A stretch of DNA of 64,000 nt from Novakomyces olei (GCA_016906335.1 JADEYG010000004.1:1302001-1366000); one strand, 5' to 3'; positions 25,291 through 42,051 are shown, counted from the first letter of the stretch. Notes: generated by a model from the letters alone, not told the origin. Translations and numbers: made by a program.

Positions 25291-28200
25291 TATGATTATC
25301 ATTATTAATATAATTATTATTATTACTTTGTATATCGTTTGGGTCTGTCAAAAGTGTACTGGCTGGCTCCTTTTGATCTCGGCATAATTGCATTATAGTC
25401 CCCAGCGTGAGGACCCAAAGAGCGTCTAATAGAGACTCCTTTGGCTTTGAGCTGTTTGTTATAAATGCCTCTAATCCAGCCAAGGACTCGTAATGCCGAT
25501 CGGCAGTATCAATCTTGTCTTCTTGCCCACGAATTCCATCCAAAACTGACCAGAAAAGACCCACACAAGTGAGTGAAATATTCATATTTTCACGTTGCCG
25601 GCAAAATACTGTCAGTACGCGTAACAGACCAATCACATTATGAGCACTGAGAGAGGTTAAAAAGTCACTGCATACAAGCTGCAGGGAATTAAATGCCAAA
25701 TTTACAAGACGAGAGACGCGTTCCCTCTCAATTGCAGTCACGGGGCCCGTCTTGGTCTGCCCTCCCTCCTGATTATTGGCAATTTTACGGGTTTCATGGC
25801 GTGGTGCGTCTAGACTGCTGTCTGCACAAGTAGAGGCGAGTATGAAAAAGCAATGATCCCATCCAGATTTGATACTGTCGCCCATAATTTCGAGGACATT
25901 GTGCAGGCAGTTCAATCCATTGCTGGCAATTTCAATAACAGTGGCATTGATCCCGCTGGAATTAGCACAGAGCCTGACCAGCGCTGTATCAGTCAAGGCA
26001 GACAGGACGTTTGCTGAAAAATTAGGGTTGACCTTGGATTTTGCATCGTTGCAAGCGTACAGGGATAGAGCAATAAGGATAGTCGACAGCGTTTCACAAG
26101 CGTCCTGCCGAATTGCCGAGTCCAGGCCCGAACGGCACTGTACGACGACAGCCAAGTACCGTTGTATTATATGCCAATTGGACGTCTGTGATGATTGCGA
26201 GACTAGTCGCTCTGCGTTGTACGTGCAAAGAGCCTTGATCCGATCATTGACAAACGTGAATAAAGCGTAGCTTGCAAAGGGCGCTTCAATATGGAAATCA
26301 AATTTGCCCATTGCCACCGCTTTTTTCTGTACAGAGTGGAGTGCGAGAGGCTGCTCCGTAATACTCGTGTCTGTGCTTTTACTTGCACTAGTATTAGTGC
26401 TAATATTAGCACTATTATCCATATTCATCGTGTCAACGCTCGTACTAGCTTCGCTTGATCCGTCGATAAATGCAGCAGTCACAGAGGCAAGAGCCACAAC
26501 TACGTCCATAAAGGCGGCAGAATCATAGTCCAGTGTGATGTTGTACAGCCGGTCCTCTGCCTTTTGCAGACTATAGTACTCTGATCGCCATCCCGTGTCC
26601 CTTTGCAGCTCTGCAACTTCGGGCCTTGTGGAAGAAGCAGCATCCTGCCGAGGTCGGGATACCATCCGATCAAAGTACTCATTGGACACTGCAATAACCC
26701 TCATCAAAAGCTTCCAGTTACTCGGATTCAAGCAGGGACCCACGTGAATTGCTACCGAGATCATCGCCTGCAAGCAAACCAGGTTCTTACTCCAAAGCAT
26801 GTCCTCATTAGCCGGCGAAACAGAGGTAGGGCTATTGTTTAAACTGGCATTCAAATTCAGATTCTCTTGTGAAAGGGCAGCATTTGCATCAAGGTTCGTC
26901 TTTGAGGATTTTCGTGAAACGGTGCCGTGCCCTAGCAGAGTGTCCGGCCGTCCTGATCCTGGAGTGGCCAGTTGCAGAAGGTTTAGTATCAGTGTGTCAG
27001 AGATACTGTGCGTATCTTGTACTATACACGCGACTTTAACAAATCTGGCATAAGAGGACAGTGTGGCCTTGAACAGCCCCAAACCCAGGGGCAGTTGTGA
27101 AAAAATATTGTTGAAAGCCAGTAGTAAAGGCTGCCATATAATAGAGCACACGCTGCACGCCAGCTCCCTATTGCCACTCTGATCTGCCCATAGTCTCGGG
27201 TCGTTCCAGGCCCGCGTTTCCATAAACGTTTCCTGTAAGGGCTCCTGCCATGGATGCGCTGGCATTGTATCATCCCCGCCATACTTATCTGTCAGAGATT
27301 TAAGAGCTGTACTACTTCTTTGCACAAACAGGAAAAGGCCATCGGATATGTTTTTCACGGTTATTAGAACGAGCAGTGGCAAATAGTTGGCAGGAAGAGA
27401 AGGGCAGTCAAGCTTGTCCAGCTGCTCAATGCACATTGTCCGTGTCGAACTATTCTCAAACGTCATTGTACTCGTATTGGGGCTGGTCGGGCCCAGTTCA
27501 ACATTGAGCAGGCCAGTCACAACGGACCCTGCTTCGACTACAAAGGCCTCGGCAGACCGTTGACGCGGTTTCTTAAAGGCCGAGGCAGTATGGTTTGCAG
27601 TGCCGTTATTTGCAGAAGCAGATTTGTGCTCCTGCTTGTCTGGGGAATTTCGTGTAAGCAATTTGTTCAGCGAGCTCAACAGATCCGCAACCAAGTTTTG
27701 CCTTTCTCCGTTGCCATCATACAACGAGAATAATGTTGCAGTAAACGTCAATTTGCTCGTTAGAACTTTTAGGACCTCCAAGTATATACACCGTCGCCAG
27801 AAACTTTCATCTGTGTACATTATATGGCTCAATAGGGCAAAAAGTACTTCGTTCTCTGCTTCCATTTGATAGAAATAGTTTTGGAAAACAATGAAAATCA
27901 ATCGACAAACGCGTATAGTGAGGGGGAAATCAAGTCTTTGAGAAAGCAGTTTAGATAGCAATGGCGACAGACTGTTCCGTAAGACTTCCACCATACCCGA
28001 ACTTGATCCGATATACTCAACATGCCCAGAGAGAATGCTCTCGAGCAGCTCCAAGCTCATTACCTTTGTCATTCCGGATTTGAAATGGAGAAACTTTGAG
28101 TCCTGACCTTCTGCCAAGTAACATAAATCCAATAGAATGTCTCGCGCATCCGATTCGGCAGTCTCTGTCTTGCTCTTGCGCGGGCTAGACGCTCGGTCAA

Positions 28201-29081
28201 AGACAAGAATCAAGATCTGTCTAAGTGTAGCGGCCGCGGTATTGTTTATCAAGTTAGACTTGCTATCCACCAGCAGTACGCATAGTTCCAGGCCCCGTCT
28301 TACATTTTCTCGTTGCAAGTCGTGCGTGTAAGCGGAGAATACTATGGGTAAAGCCTGCAACACTTTGAGCTGAATATCAACGCCAAGCGAACTCGCTTCC
28401 CATAAGGCTTCGAAAACGGGGCCGAGTAGTGACTTTTGGTAAGAATACGTTAAAGTTTAACAAAGAAGAACAACGAAAAAAAAATAAGAAAAAAGAAAAA
28501 AGACTATCAAAAGAAGCAAACTAAATTAAAATAATAATATGAGAGGACGGAGGCAAGAAACGAATGTGGCTAATCAATATTGATTTTGAAATAGCAGAAT
28601 CAAGGAGAACAGTAAAGGGTTAGAAAGAAATCAATTCGGTAAGTTTTTGAGACAATTGCAAAAGACAATACGTATTTGTTATCGCGCAAAGTCGAGAAGG
28701 CATAGACACTCAAATGAACAAGAAACTAGAAATCTAAACTTACTGTTGGAATTGCCTGAGGAGAACATAATTTCTGTATATCAGAGACAGCCGCAGCACA
28801 ATGCTTCACCAGCCGCTGTGTACACGTCAGCAAGAAAGGCTCAAGAAACTCTGGCTTTGAGCGAAGAAAAGGAGCTAATTTCTGGTCGCTTTTGTCGTTC
28901 GTTGAATTGAGTATCTGTATCGATCTTTCACAGGCCTGGCGACTAAATTAGCAAAAACAAAAAAAAAAACAAAAATAAAGCAAACGCGAATGACGCATAC
29001 ACTTCTCAAATCAGCGTGTCTCCTTCTCGACTCGTGGCTTAATGCCTGCAAGTCGCTTGCTAAGCTACTGTACAACGCCAT
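23298..29081 (-). CDS. MON2: Mon2 (Sec7-family-related endosome/Golgi scaffold), multi-exon
   Basis: LASDLQALSHESRRRHADLR; LGVDIQLKVLQALP; NTAAATLRQ; AFNSLQLVCSDFL; NISLTCVGLFW. Confidence 0.93.
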
Positions 29082-29235
29082 CAGCGAGATTATGATACGT
29101 CCATGAGCAATTTGGACTATTTACGTGTCTTAATTGCATTAGCACTATAACTTGACAAGTACATTGTATAAGGATGGCATTACAGCCTTAATGATGAGAT
29201 GCTTATAATGCGCAGATTAAGCATAATATTGAACT

Positions 29236-29254
29236 CTAGGGTTAGTTAGGGTTA
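29236..29254. promoter_or_regulatory. Telomere-like element in MON2/MMS2 divergent promoter
   Basis: CTAGGGTTAGTTAGGGTTA. Confidence 0.55.
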
Positions 29255-29332
29255 AAATCAATGTCTTATATAACGAGTACGATACACCAAGCCCACGTCT
29301 AATCACGGCTTTTGCTCGTACCGATAATCACA

Positions 29333-29978
29333 ATGGCCAAAGTGTAGGACCGTTTCTTCGCCGGAGACTAACAAATTAGACCGCGAAATTTCCGGCTACT
29401 GGAAGAGCTCGGTAAGACTTTTATACGTCTTTTACGACAAACGTGTCCCGCTCTACGCACAAGAGCGTCTCAACTGTCCGAGGCTAATTTATTTAGAAAA
29501 AGGCGAGAAAGGGTTGGGCGACGGTGCTTGCTCGTACGGCCTTTCCGATGGCAATGATGTCATGATGTCTGACTGGAACGGAACCATTCTTGGACCGGCA
29601 CATGTAAGTGACGGCCGCACTATATAATTGCCTCCGTTTGCGTCTGGATTAACAGTATTAGAGCGTACATGAGAACCGTATCTACAGTCTCACCTTACAC
29701 TGCGGCCTAGACTACCCGGACGTGCCACCAAAGATCCAATTCATCTCCAAGATCAATTTGCCCTGTGTAAACGGAAGTACAGGCGAGGTAGTTGCCGCTA
29801 AATTACCGTGCTTGCACAATTGGAAACGCTCATATACTATGGAGACCATCCTTGTGGAGCTGCGAAGGTATAAAATACTTTTAATTAAATTTTTAAGAAG
29901 CTAATAATCAGGGACATGGCGACCCCGTCGAATCGAAAACTGGCACAGCCTCCAGAGGGCAGCGTGTTTGGGTCTTGA
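29333..29978 (+). CDS. MMS2: Ubiquitin-conjugating enzyme variant Mms2/Uev1, 5 exons
   Basis: [30 protein letters not shown]...WNGTILGP..HENRIYSL...KINLPCVN...RKLAQPPEGS. Confidence 0.96.
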
Positions 29979-30239
29979 TGACCATACCGAAATCGGTGAT
30001 TGCCCAGTACTATTAGAAACCGTTCGTAATATTGCCCACATAGCATTTACTTTTAAATTAAATGCCACGTGCTAATCACGTATATATACAATGGAATGAA
30101 TGAACCACAGTAAAAGGCCAAGCTATGGTAATAAATATACAGCTCCCTCTTTGTCTCTGTAAAAGCTGCCGCAGTATTGAAATAAGAGTGCTTGATGAAA
30201 TGATTTTTGCAAACAACGTACCTCCTTATAATTTAATAA

Positions 30240-32693
<2,454 letters not shown>

Positions 32694-33057
32694 TGTCGCA
32701 GTCAGCAGCGAGGGAATGACGTTGATTTTGGCTGATTGCTATTTGACACCACACAAACGATCGTGTTCCTGTTGCGTTCGGCTATGTAATTGCAGTATGT
32801 CTATTACACATTCAAATTAAATAAAACAATATCGAGAATATACGATATAGTTTTCTTTTAATTGCAATAATAAATTATAAATTATAATTTATGATTGGTA
32901 ATCTATAATTTATTTATTTATTATAACGCTAGATTTTGTTATTCTAGTCTTGTGTATATTACTTTGCATACTACACGTAAAGTATTCACGTGATCGTAAT
33001 AAGCGCGTCAATTAGAAAAGATCGCAGCTCGAATCAGAACTCTCAACTCGACGCGAG

Positions 33058-34345
33058 ATGGCGTCCGAAGTGCATGAAATTCAAGAGTCTCAGGCGGCCG
33101 GCGACGAGCCTGATGCAGTAGAGGCCGAGTTCGACGAGGATGCAGGGTTAGGGTTTACGCCACTGGCACAGCTCGAGGTACAAGGGTTCAAATGTATGCT
33201 ATCGGTCCCGACTAATATGGCTATAGGGCAACGGCATTACCAGGAACGATCTGAAAAAAGTTGAAGCCGCTGGCTACTTTACAGTGGAAGCTGTCGCGTT
33301 TACGTAAGTTTGGGTTGTACTGACGTGAGATTCGGCATTTTCATTTTTAAATCTCGTTTTTACGTCTCGGTCTGACTATTTCAACCTGCAATACCGTTCA
33401 AGCTAACGTGTTTATTAGACCAAAAAAGAACTTGATGCTGGTCAAAGGCATTTCTGAGGCCAAAGCCGACCGTATTTTGGCAGAAGCATGTAAAATCGTA
33501 CCCATGGGCTTTGTTACTGCTACAGAAGTGCATAATAAAAGAGCACAACTTATATCGATTTCAACTGGATCAAAGAACCTGGATACATTGCTGCAAGGAG
33601 GCATTGAAACGGGGACAATCACCGAGCTGTATGGCGAGTTTCGTACGGGGAAAAGCCAGCTTTGCCACACTCTAGCTGCAACTTGTCAAGTAGGCGCCTT
33701 TTATTTAATTATTTAATTATTCAATTTTTTAATTCAAAATCTAATATTCAGCTTCCTCTTCATATGGGTGGTGCTGAAGGCCATTGTCTCTATATCGACA
33801 CTGAAGGTACTTTCCGGCCGGAGCGTATAACAGCAGCAGCAGAAAGGTTTGGACTGACGAATGGAAACCCACTTGATATGGTCGCGTATGCGCGCTGCTA
33901 CAATTCAGAGCATCAATTTACGCTATTGAATTTGGCCGCTAGTTATATGGCGAAATCTCGATTTGGGCTATTAATCGTTGATTCGCTGACAAACCTTTTT
34001 CGCACGGATTATTCAGGCCGTGGAGAACTTGCAGCGCGACAAACGATGCTGGCCAAGTATATGCGACAGCTTCAGCGGCTGGCGGATGAGTTTGGGATTG
34101 CTGTTGTTGTAACGAACCAGGTCACTGCACAAGTAGATGGGGGAAACCCGTACAATCCTGATCCCAAGAAGCCTATTGGTGGCAATATCGTTGCCCATGC
34201 CAGTACTACCCGTCTTTTCTTCAAGAAGGGCCGTGGTGAGCAGCGTATTTGCAAAGTCGTGGACTCGCCGTGCTTGCCTGAAGGCGAGGCAATCTTTGCA
34301 ATAAACGCGGATGGTGTTGGCGACCCTATTGAGACAGAGGGTTAA
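33058..34345 (+). CDS. RAD51: Rad51 recombinase, multi-exon
   Basis: [74 protein letters not shown]. Confidence 0.94.
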
Positions 34346-34548
34346 GGTTTGTGCTTGTTTTTATGCGTACAATTCGTAGGTTTCGGCATGTATTTGTTTG
34401 GGCAGTATTCAATAGAAGACGTGGTAATGGAATCAAAAGTAAGAATGGAATCAAAAGTAAGAGTGGAATCAGATAAAAATTAAGAATGGATATATAACTC
34501 GAATGGTATAATAGAAATGCAACATACGTAGTGCAAAAAGCAAGCATG

Positions 34549-37500
34549 TCAAGTACTATTTGAAATGTCGCGTAAAACACTGTGCGAGTCCAGCACGCGT
34601 GGCCGCTTAACCCTAACCCCATCGCCAACCCTAACCCTAATACCATCGCCATCGCCAACCCTAACCCTAACCCTATTGGCAGTGTCTGCCTGCAGGTCTG
34701 TATTAGCAGGCAGCTGGACAATCCACTGCCGCTGCTTCAGCAGCCCGGCAAGTTGAGCGAGCAGAGCATTGTGAGCAAGTGTCGGCAGGCAGCCGACAAG
34801 CACGAGCTTGTAACGTGCACGTGTAAGTGCCACGTTGAGCCGGCGAGCGTCCGCGAGCAGACTGCCAACAATGCCCTCCACGTTTGACCGCACAAACGAG
34901 ACAATGAGCACGTCCTTGTCACGGCCCTGGTACCTGTCAATGGTACTGCACTCGACCCTATTGAGCGCCTGCAAGTGCCGTTGGAGCAGCCGCAGCTGAG
35001 CGCGATAGGGTGTAGTGACTCCGATCGTGTCCTCGGCAATTCCACAGCCGACAAGTGCCCTGACAATCTGAGCCACGATCTGTGACTCTGCCGTGTTGCT
35101 AACGGCTTCGCCTACTCGCTGCTCTTGAGCAGTTTTGTCCGACAAGCTGTGCGTGTCTACAAACACGACACTCTGCTCTGGCAAGAGCACATGGGCAAGC
35201 CAGTCTGGCAGCTCCAAGGCAAAACTGCCTTGGCCGTTGTAGACCCGGCTGGCCCAGCCGGCAGCAGCGCTCTGCTGTGCCGCCAGAGGCAGTGCACAGG
35301 TGAGGGCTCCATTGTATATCAGCGTATTGCAGAGAGCCATAATGTCGGGAGCCATACGGTACTGCTGCCGGAGAGCAATTACGGCCTCTGGGTGGGACTC
35401 GCACAGCAGTTTGAACAGGCTTACATCGAATCCCAAATTTGCTGCCTCTCTGCTCTTGACGAGCGGAGGCAGCTGGTGGTGGTCGCCGACGAGGACAAAC
35501 CTGTGTGCCTGCATTAGCGGGCCGAGGCAGGTTGGCAGGGTCACTTGAGACGCCTCGTCAACTATACAATAGTCAAACTGCCGTGTGTGGAACAGTGCAT
35601 GGCCTGTCGCCAGGCAGGTGCAGGCGACCAGGTTCTTGCTGCCAAAGTAACGTGCAACTTGGGGCACTGAGCCCGCATGCTGAGCCAGGTTGGCGTCTAC
35701 ACAAAACTGGGAAATGTCGGGGTGCACTTTGGCAGGGTCACCTATACGCAGAGCAGTTATAGCAAAGGGCAGCAGCCGTAAAAGGACATTGTCCACCGCA
35801 GAATGGGTAAAACTGCACAGTAAAACTGTCTTGGCTTGTGCCAACAGACAGCGGATAAGCGCTACTATGGCCGTCGTCTTGCCCGTGCCGGGCATTCCGA
35901 GAATAAGGGCATAATCCTGAGCACAAAGCACCCGTTCAACCGCCTCGATTTGGTTTGCGTTGAGGTTTAGACTGTCAAAGATTTGTGCGCGGTTAAAGCC
36001 AGGGGGTTGGGGGTTTTGGTTTTTTTGTTCTTTTTGTTCTTTTTGCTCTTTTTGCTCTTTGTTTTCCAGTGCAAATCGAGGCGGTTGGAGACGAATAATA
36101 GAGTTCCGCACACTCGCACAAGACTTGTCTGATAAAAGGCGAAGAATGTTGGCTCTTATCTGCGCAAAAACTGCACCGATATCGTCCTTGTCTACACGGA
36201 ACAGTTTAGGCATTTGCTGGGCCCTCAAGTCTGCCGGCAGTGGCGATAAACCACAGCTCTCCAGATCCCATTCTGAGCCAATCGCCCGGTCTACTTGGAC
36301 GACTATACTCTGGCCCGTAATTGAGCAAATATACCCTCGTGCTAAGCCCCATGCACTTTGTGCTTCGCCGTCACCAGAGACCAGAATCCTTTCTCCCGGC
36401 TGCAACTCGTTTGACGTGTATTGCACTCCACCATAATCTGCTCCGTCTTTTACGCTTTTGTCATGCACACTAAACTCTATCCTGTACAGCTTTCGCGACC
36501 CGGAAAAAATTGCAGAGCAATTTGAGACCCGCAAAGACCCGATACAGCGACCCTTCTCCGCCCTTGCGACCGAGTCCATTGTCCATATCTCGCTTTGAAA
36601 GATTCTTGAGAATTTTTCTTCGCAGGTAATTAAACTGTCCCAGTGCTGCATAAACAATTGATCCCTCTCTGAAATGTGTCCCGTCAAGTCATCGAAATTG
36701 GGTAGGGCCCCAAAGGACTCGCTGGTTCCTTGCTCCAAAGCCTGCCGTTAGAATTCATTAGACGGAGAAAAGATTTGAATAATGTTTGCTTGTAATTGTG
36801 TAGAGTCACAAGAAGATTTTAATACTGTGCCCAACCAATTGGGGGAAAGATAGAGGGATGATTACATCAAAAAAGAAAAAAATTCGTAATTAGACAAACA
36901 AAATAATAAAATAGCGTAACGCAGAATGAAATAAATTTTATACTATTCTTCATTTCATTTCTTTTTTGTATCAATTCGTGAACTTACCCTGTGAAAGGTT
37001 GCACAGGTCTGGTTTGCGTAGCAGCGCCTGCACGTAAAATCGTTCCTGATTACCGGCGGCATTTGTTTCAATTGTATACACGCGGCTAATCTGTTTCGCA
37101 AAATTAAAAGCGAAACAATATCTGACCGATTTTGATATACAATGGTCATTTCGTTTGGATCTGAATAATAAAGCAGACCTGCTTTAGTGTCAACCCCATA
37201 TCGGTCGTTGACCATTAACGTATAGAGCATTATTTGAGCTTGATGAGAAATGTTTTGTGTAAGCTTTCCAGTTTTTAATTCAAAAGGAATTAAAACAGAC
37301 GCAACTCTGTCCTCATTGGTGCCTTCAATTCGCCCTAGAAACGTCGCATCTATATTGCCTCTGAGCCCGAATCGCGGAGAAAACATGGTTTCCTCAATGC
37401 CAAGTAAACGTTCAAGGTGAACATTTAAAAGTGCATTTGGTGAGGACGAAAATCGTGATTTGATCGTGGCATATTTGTTCATTTCCGGCCCATAATAGAG

Positions 37501-39249
37501 TGAAGCCCATGATCGGAGTTTGGGGAAACTTGTACGCAATTCTGTGCATGCGTCTTTGAAATCAATCGGCTCACTGAGACAAACAAAATCCTTCAAGTTG
37601 TCGAGTAATTTTTGCATCATTACTGTTTCCATTTTTTCGTCGGTAAAGTCCCGATCCGTTAAGCAAGACTGGAATATTTCGTGCAAAATAGTTCCCATTA
37701 TAAGAGATTTTGAGAGTTTTGTAGAGTCTTTGAAATGCTCCTGCAAAGCCGCTTTGCGTAAGCACGTCGTACTATCCGCAATTTTAGTAGCAGAAATCAA
37801 AAACTGAGGATGCAAGACCATATGGCCCTGGGTATCATCAATTATAAAAACATTATCTTGCTTTTCCCCCTCAAAGTATATACAGTCTCCAATGTCTGGT
37901 TCAGAAGCGGCCCATTTGCCCAGCAGCCTTATCAAGACTGCAGTATTCTCTGTAGTCTCAACCAGGTTCAATAAAATACTTTCAGAACCGTAATCCGCAC
38001 TTGTAATACGGTAAACCGGTAATCGAGCCAGGCGACTGCATTTAACAGCTTGCTCGTCATCTGAGAAAAGAATATCATCAAAGTCCTCGTCTTTTAGTCC
38101 CCCCAAATCAGCATCAACGCTGTCCTGGCCGGCTGGGAGCAGAGTACCTGCTTCTTTAGCATTTGGATCCCTATTTATGAGGACATTGAGGCCAAGCTTT
38201 GATGGACAAGGCCCCGCTTTCTTTTCTCGTTTAGCAGTCAATTGCTCGCCGGGTCTTAGCTGCTCTCCAAACTCCAATTGATCTTTAGATTCCACTGGGC
38301 GCTCATTCTCTTGCTGATTTACTACTTTCCCAAACCCCAACGACTGACCTATAGTACCCGTGTTTTGCGTCAGAGAGGGAAGCACATTTCGCTCAAAATC
38401 TGCAATTGCGGAGAGCTCTTCTTCATCAAAACTGCCCAAGTTGTCCGCCTCAAAGGGCTCAGAATCACTGCTGTTACAGCTCTCAGGCCAGCTTACTTGT
38501 GCGGCAGGACTCTCGATAGAATCAACCAGGCACGAGACTCTTGTCAACGGCTGCGACTGGTCGGCAGAAACGATTCGCCGACGTTTAATTCTGTGTCCTG
38601 CCTCTTGAACACGCCGATCTGCATGTAAAAGGCTACTGTTCTCCCGGCCGGAGTCAAACGAATATTTTCTCGTTATAGGTGAAAACGCTCTAGCACTGTC
38701 CGTCATTGTGTTTGTGGTAACCTTGTTATTATCGCTAGTGCTATCCACACCAAATGCCTCCCAGACATCGGATATCGGGTCTCGCAAAGAAGGCGTGGTA
38801 ACAAGTAACTTGGCTCTCGAAGCGTCCTGCTGCTCATCGTTCAGAGACTTGAAAGCCTCTATTTTTTGAGGCGTTGTTTGCCAATGCAGAGCCTCGGGCG
38901 AAGAGGAAACTGCAGCATTACGAATGGTTTGCTTCAGCGGAGTACTTGTGCAGACATGGGAATCAGTCCGCAAGTCGGGATTGTCCTCCGTTACCGATCC
39001 CTCCGCTGGAAAAGGTTCCGTACTCGAATCGGCTTGATTGCTACGGTCTGCGAATTTGAACTTTGCCAGCTTGCGTTTAATATTCCCCTGCAAAGCTGGC
39101 GGAATCTTGTCTTGTGCAGTTGCCATTGAGGCCACTGGCCCAGGCTGCGGCTCTTTATTGCCAAACCTTCCGCTATAAAAGGCCGATTTATGACGCGTAC
39201 GCGACCGAGATGGCTGTTCAAAATAGCCTTCTTGCAGTCGCCGCTGCAT
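34549..39249 (-). CDS. DNA2: Dna2 nuclease/helicase (one intron ~36743-36988)
   Basis: ISATKIADSTTCLRKA and CRRCYANQTC Fe-S cysteines; GLRGNIDAT..ELKTGK nuclease; GMPGTGKTT, DEASQ, RRLNVALTRA. Confidence 0.96.
34607..34675. repeat. In-frame interstitial telomere-like hexamers (AACCCT/ATCGCC) in DNA2 3' end
   Basis: Encodes RVRVRVGDGDGIRVRVGDGVRV on the minus strand. Confidence 0.9.
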
Positions 39250-39417
39250 CACGTCACGTTTGCCATTTGGCCATCGTCGATGGACGCGTAAATAATGAGA
39301 TTTGAATACTAAAATCGAAACAAGGAAGTGAAATAATAATAAAATAGTAATGATATTGTAATAAAATGCTGGTCAATAATAAAACTATAGATATTATGGA
39401 AAGACAAGGTGATGCCG

Positions 39418-39464
39418 GACTAACCCAACTAACCCTAGCAAACCCTAGCAAACCCTAAACCTAA
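39418..39464. promoter_or_regulatory. Telomere-like array in DNA2/SEC24-like divergent promoter
   Basis: GACTAACCCAACTAACCCTAGCAAACCCTAGCAAACCCTAAACCTAA. Confidence 0.6.
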
Positions 39465-39578
39465 TATAACCTTGGATTCTATACCAATCACAAGTACTAA
39501 AGCCAAACAGCTGAGCAAATATTAAACACAGCACGCAGGTTTCACGCGGGCTGCAAACTGCCAACATGGCGCTGTGCA

Positions 39579-41104
39579 ATGTACGCACCACACAATAATT
39601 TAATGGCACAACTAACTGCAGATCCAAATCCCGCAGTGTCCTCAGCGGACGGAGTAGCGTCACAAGTTTCGTCGCTGAGCATTGACGGCTCTGCGTGTCC
39701 AAAGGCCAAGCCAGCCCGGCCTTTGACACGTCGTACATGCAGCCAACGGAGGCGCCTATACCCCACGAGCCTCGGCAGGATCAGGACGTTACAGACGTGC
39801 ATGTTAAATTAGAGCGATTGCCCTCGCTGCCAGAGGAAAAGGCAAAAGATCAAGAACGGTACAGGCTGCAGGTCTTTGATACTCTGGCCCACCGGGACGG
39901 GATGCTGCCGCTGGTGACTACAGACTACGTGGCAATTGATACGGGGATGGCTACGCCCAAGTTTGTCAGGCCGGCAACGACGTGCTTTCCGGTAACGGAG
40001 GGCTGTGCTCAGAGATGGGCAACTATACGCAAAAGGGCCCGCACGATGTGCTGTTTGGCTCAGTCGACGCAGATAAGACATTTGTATTATTGGCTGTACT
40101 GCGGCACGACGGCAGTAGGCTGAATACGAAACTGCTTGTTTACTTTTAAAACGCGTTACTGTACACATCGGCGGAGGGCCAAAGACGCGTCCGCTGCCAC
40201 AACTATGCTGTACGCGTCACCACTAGTCCGTATGACGTCATACGTGGGGCAGATTTAGACGCGATTGCGGGGTACATGTCGCGTCACGCGGTGGATGAGG
40301 CGCTGAAGCTGCCGCTGCGTGAGTGCGTGAGCATATTGCCGCCAGTGCTGCTCGTATACTGGCCGCCTATAAGCGTTACTGCACTTCTGGGGCAAGTAAC
40401 GCTGCTGAGGATAAAATGATTCTGCCTGAGAACTTGAAGTGCCTGCCTGTAATTGCCGTTGGCACTCGGCAAATGCCGAGCCTTCCGAGCTGGAGCTGTG
40501 CAAAGTGACGTGCGTACACAGGCCATGAGACTGCTGCATGGGCTCAATGCCCAAGGACTGGCACGCAAATCCTGGGGCTGCATGATCTGGATGAGGGCGA
40601 TGGGCTCCCTGACGATTCAAACCTGTTACAGTTGCCACTGGCAACGCGCGCTAGCCGGCACTTTTTTCTGCCAGGCGGTGTTTACCTTGTAAACACTGGC
40701 CAGGCCGGCAGTATGGCTTGCTCTACATCTGCGCTCAAACAAACCCGCTTCTGCTGCAGCATTTACTGGCTCCGGAGGCGCGTAGCCTGAAAGACTTTAA
40801 CCCACGCATGTTCACACTGCCGCCACTGGAAACAAGAGTGTCTGTGCAAACGCAAAACATCTTGAAATACTTGCAGCAGTTGCAGCCACAGAGAAACTGT
40901 ACTTTTGTACAGATAGCAAGGCAGGGCCTGGACGGTGCTGAGCATGAAGTGATGGTTTGTATGGTGGAGGATAGCAGTTTAGACTCGCCGGGGTACAAGG
41001 AGTACTTGTCCGCTCAACATAAGCAGATTCAGAATGATCTGAGCAATGCGAAACGGTCTGATGATGGGATTGATCTTACTAGTCTCTGCCACGGCCGGTT
41101 CTGA
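39579..41104 (+). pseudogene. Sec24C/D-like (Sfb3/Lst1) COPII cargo adaptor pseudogene
   Basis: PLVTTDYVAIDTGMATPKFVR jumps directly to beta-sandwich LLYTSAEGQRRVRCHN and helical ILPENLKCLP; zinc finger and trunk absent; TAA at 40147-40149; frameshifts near 39.7, 40.32 and 40.46 kb. Confidence 0.85.
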
Positions 41105-41117
41105 TCAGTTTAAATGG

Positions 41118-41249
<132 letters not shown>

Positions 41250-42051
41250 ATTATTTTTTTTTTTTCATTATAAACTATTTTCTAAAAGTGACGCGGTTGC
41301 TTTGCGCAGGGAAACTAAAACAAAGTTATTCATGTTTAAGCATTATTATGAGACAAGCCTTTATTCGAGCTAATACAATAGCATTGATTGTGCTTGAGCG
41401 CTTAGTAGGAGCAAATTGCTCTTTTGCACGTTCGTCATGGCTGCCGTGCATATTTGTAAATAAAGTGCACATGACAAATTGTTCGTATAATAAGTACATT
41501 AGATCAAGCAGACTAAAGGAGACAACTAAATTTAAAGTACAGGACGAAAACCGTAAAGAGATAGGAACGGGACAAGGGCAGATTTTCCAGTCTTGTATGA
41601 ACTAGATAAGGCTTTATCAAAAGGAGCAAAGCCAACGGTTGTCCTTGTACAAGTGTTCCATGTCACGTGGCTAGCTCTGCTTAAAGATTGCCCTTGATTG
41701 AGAGAATTTAAAGCATTGACAACATAACGGTTGTCTTTATAACTGCGGGTTGACAGGCCTTCTACAGTCGAAGCAGTATTTACGCTATAGTCGCTATCTG
41801 GACATTGAGAACAAAGACAAAGTTATATTAATTGAATTACTAAAGCCAAAATTGCATCTAGAAAATCTCTTTGCTTCATTGACGCAGCAGCCCCTTAGCC
41901 CAGGTTTGACGGTGGGATAGAGTAAGCGAATATAGACGGAGTCCCACTCCTCTCTCGACTGTATATAAATCTCGAACTATTGCTTGGCGCCTTTATATTC
42001 CCCGGCAATGTTCTTCATGCCTCCTTGATCTGTTTTGTTACATGCTCAGTG

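Noticed and set aside
33058-34345. Dmc1 identity
   Set aside because: [17 protein letters not shown] and LADEFG are Rad51-type
34326-34887. LGLGL/NPNP-rich short ORFs
   Set aside because: Alternative frames of the telomere-like tract in DNA2
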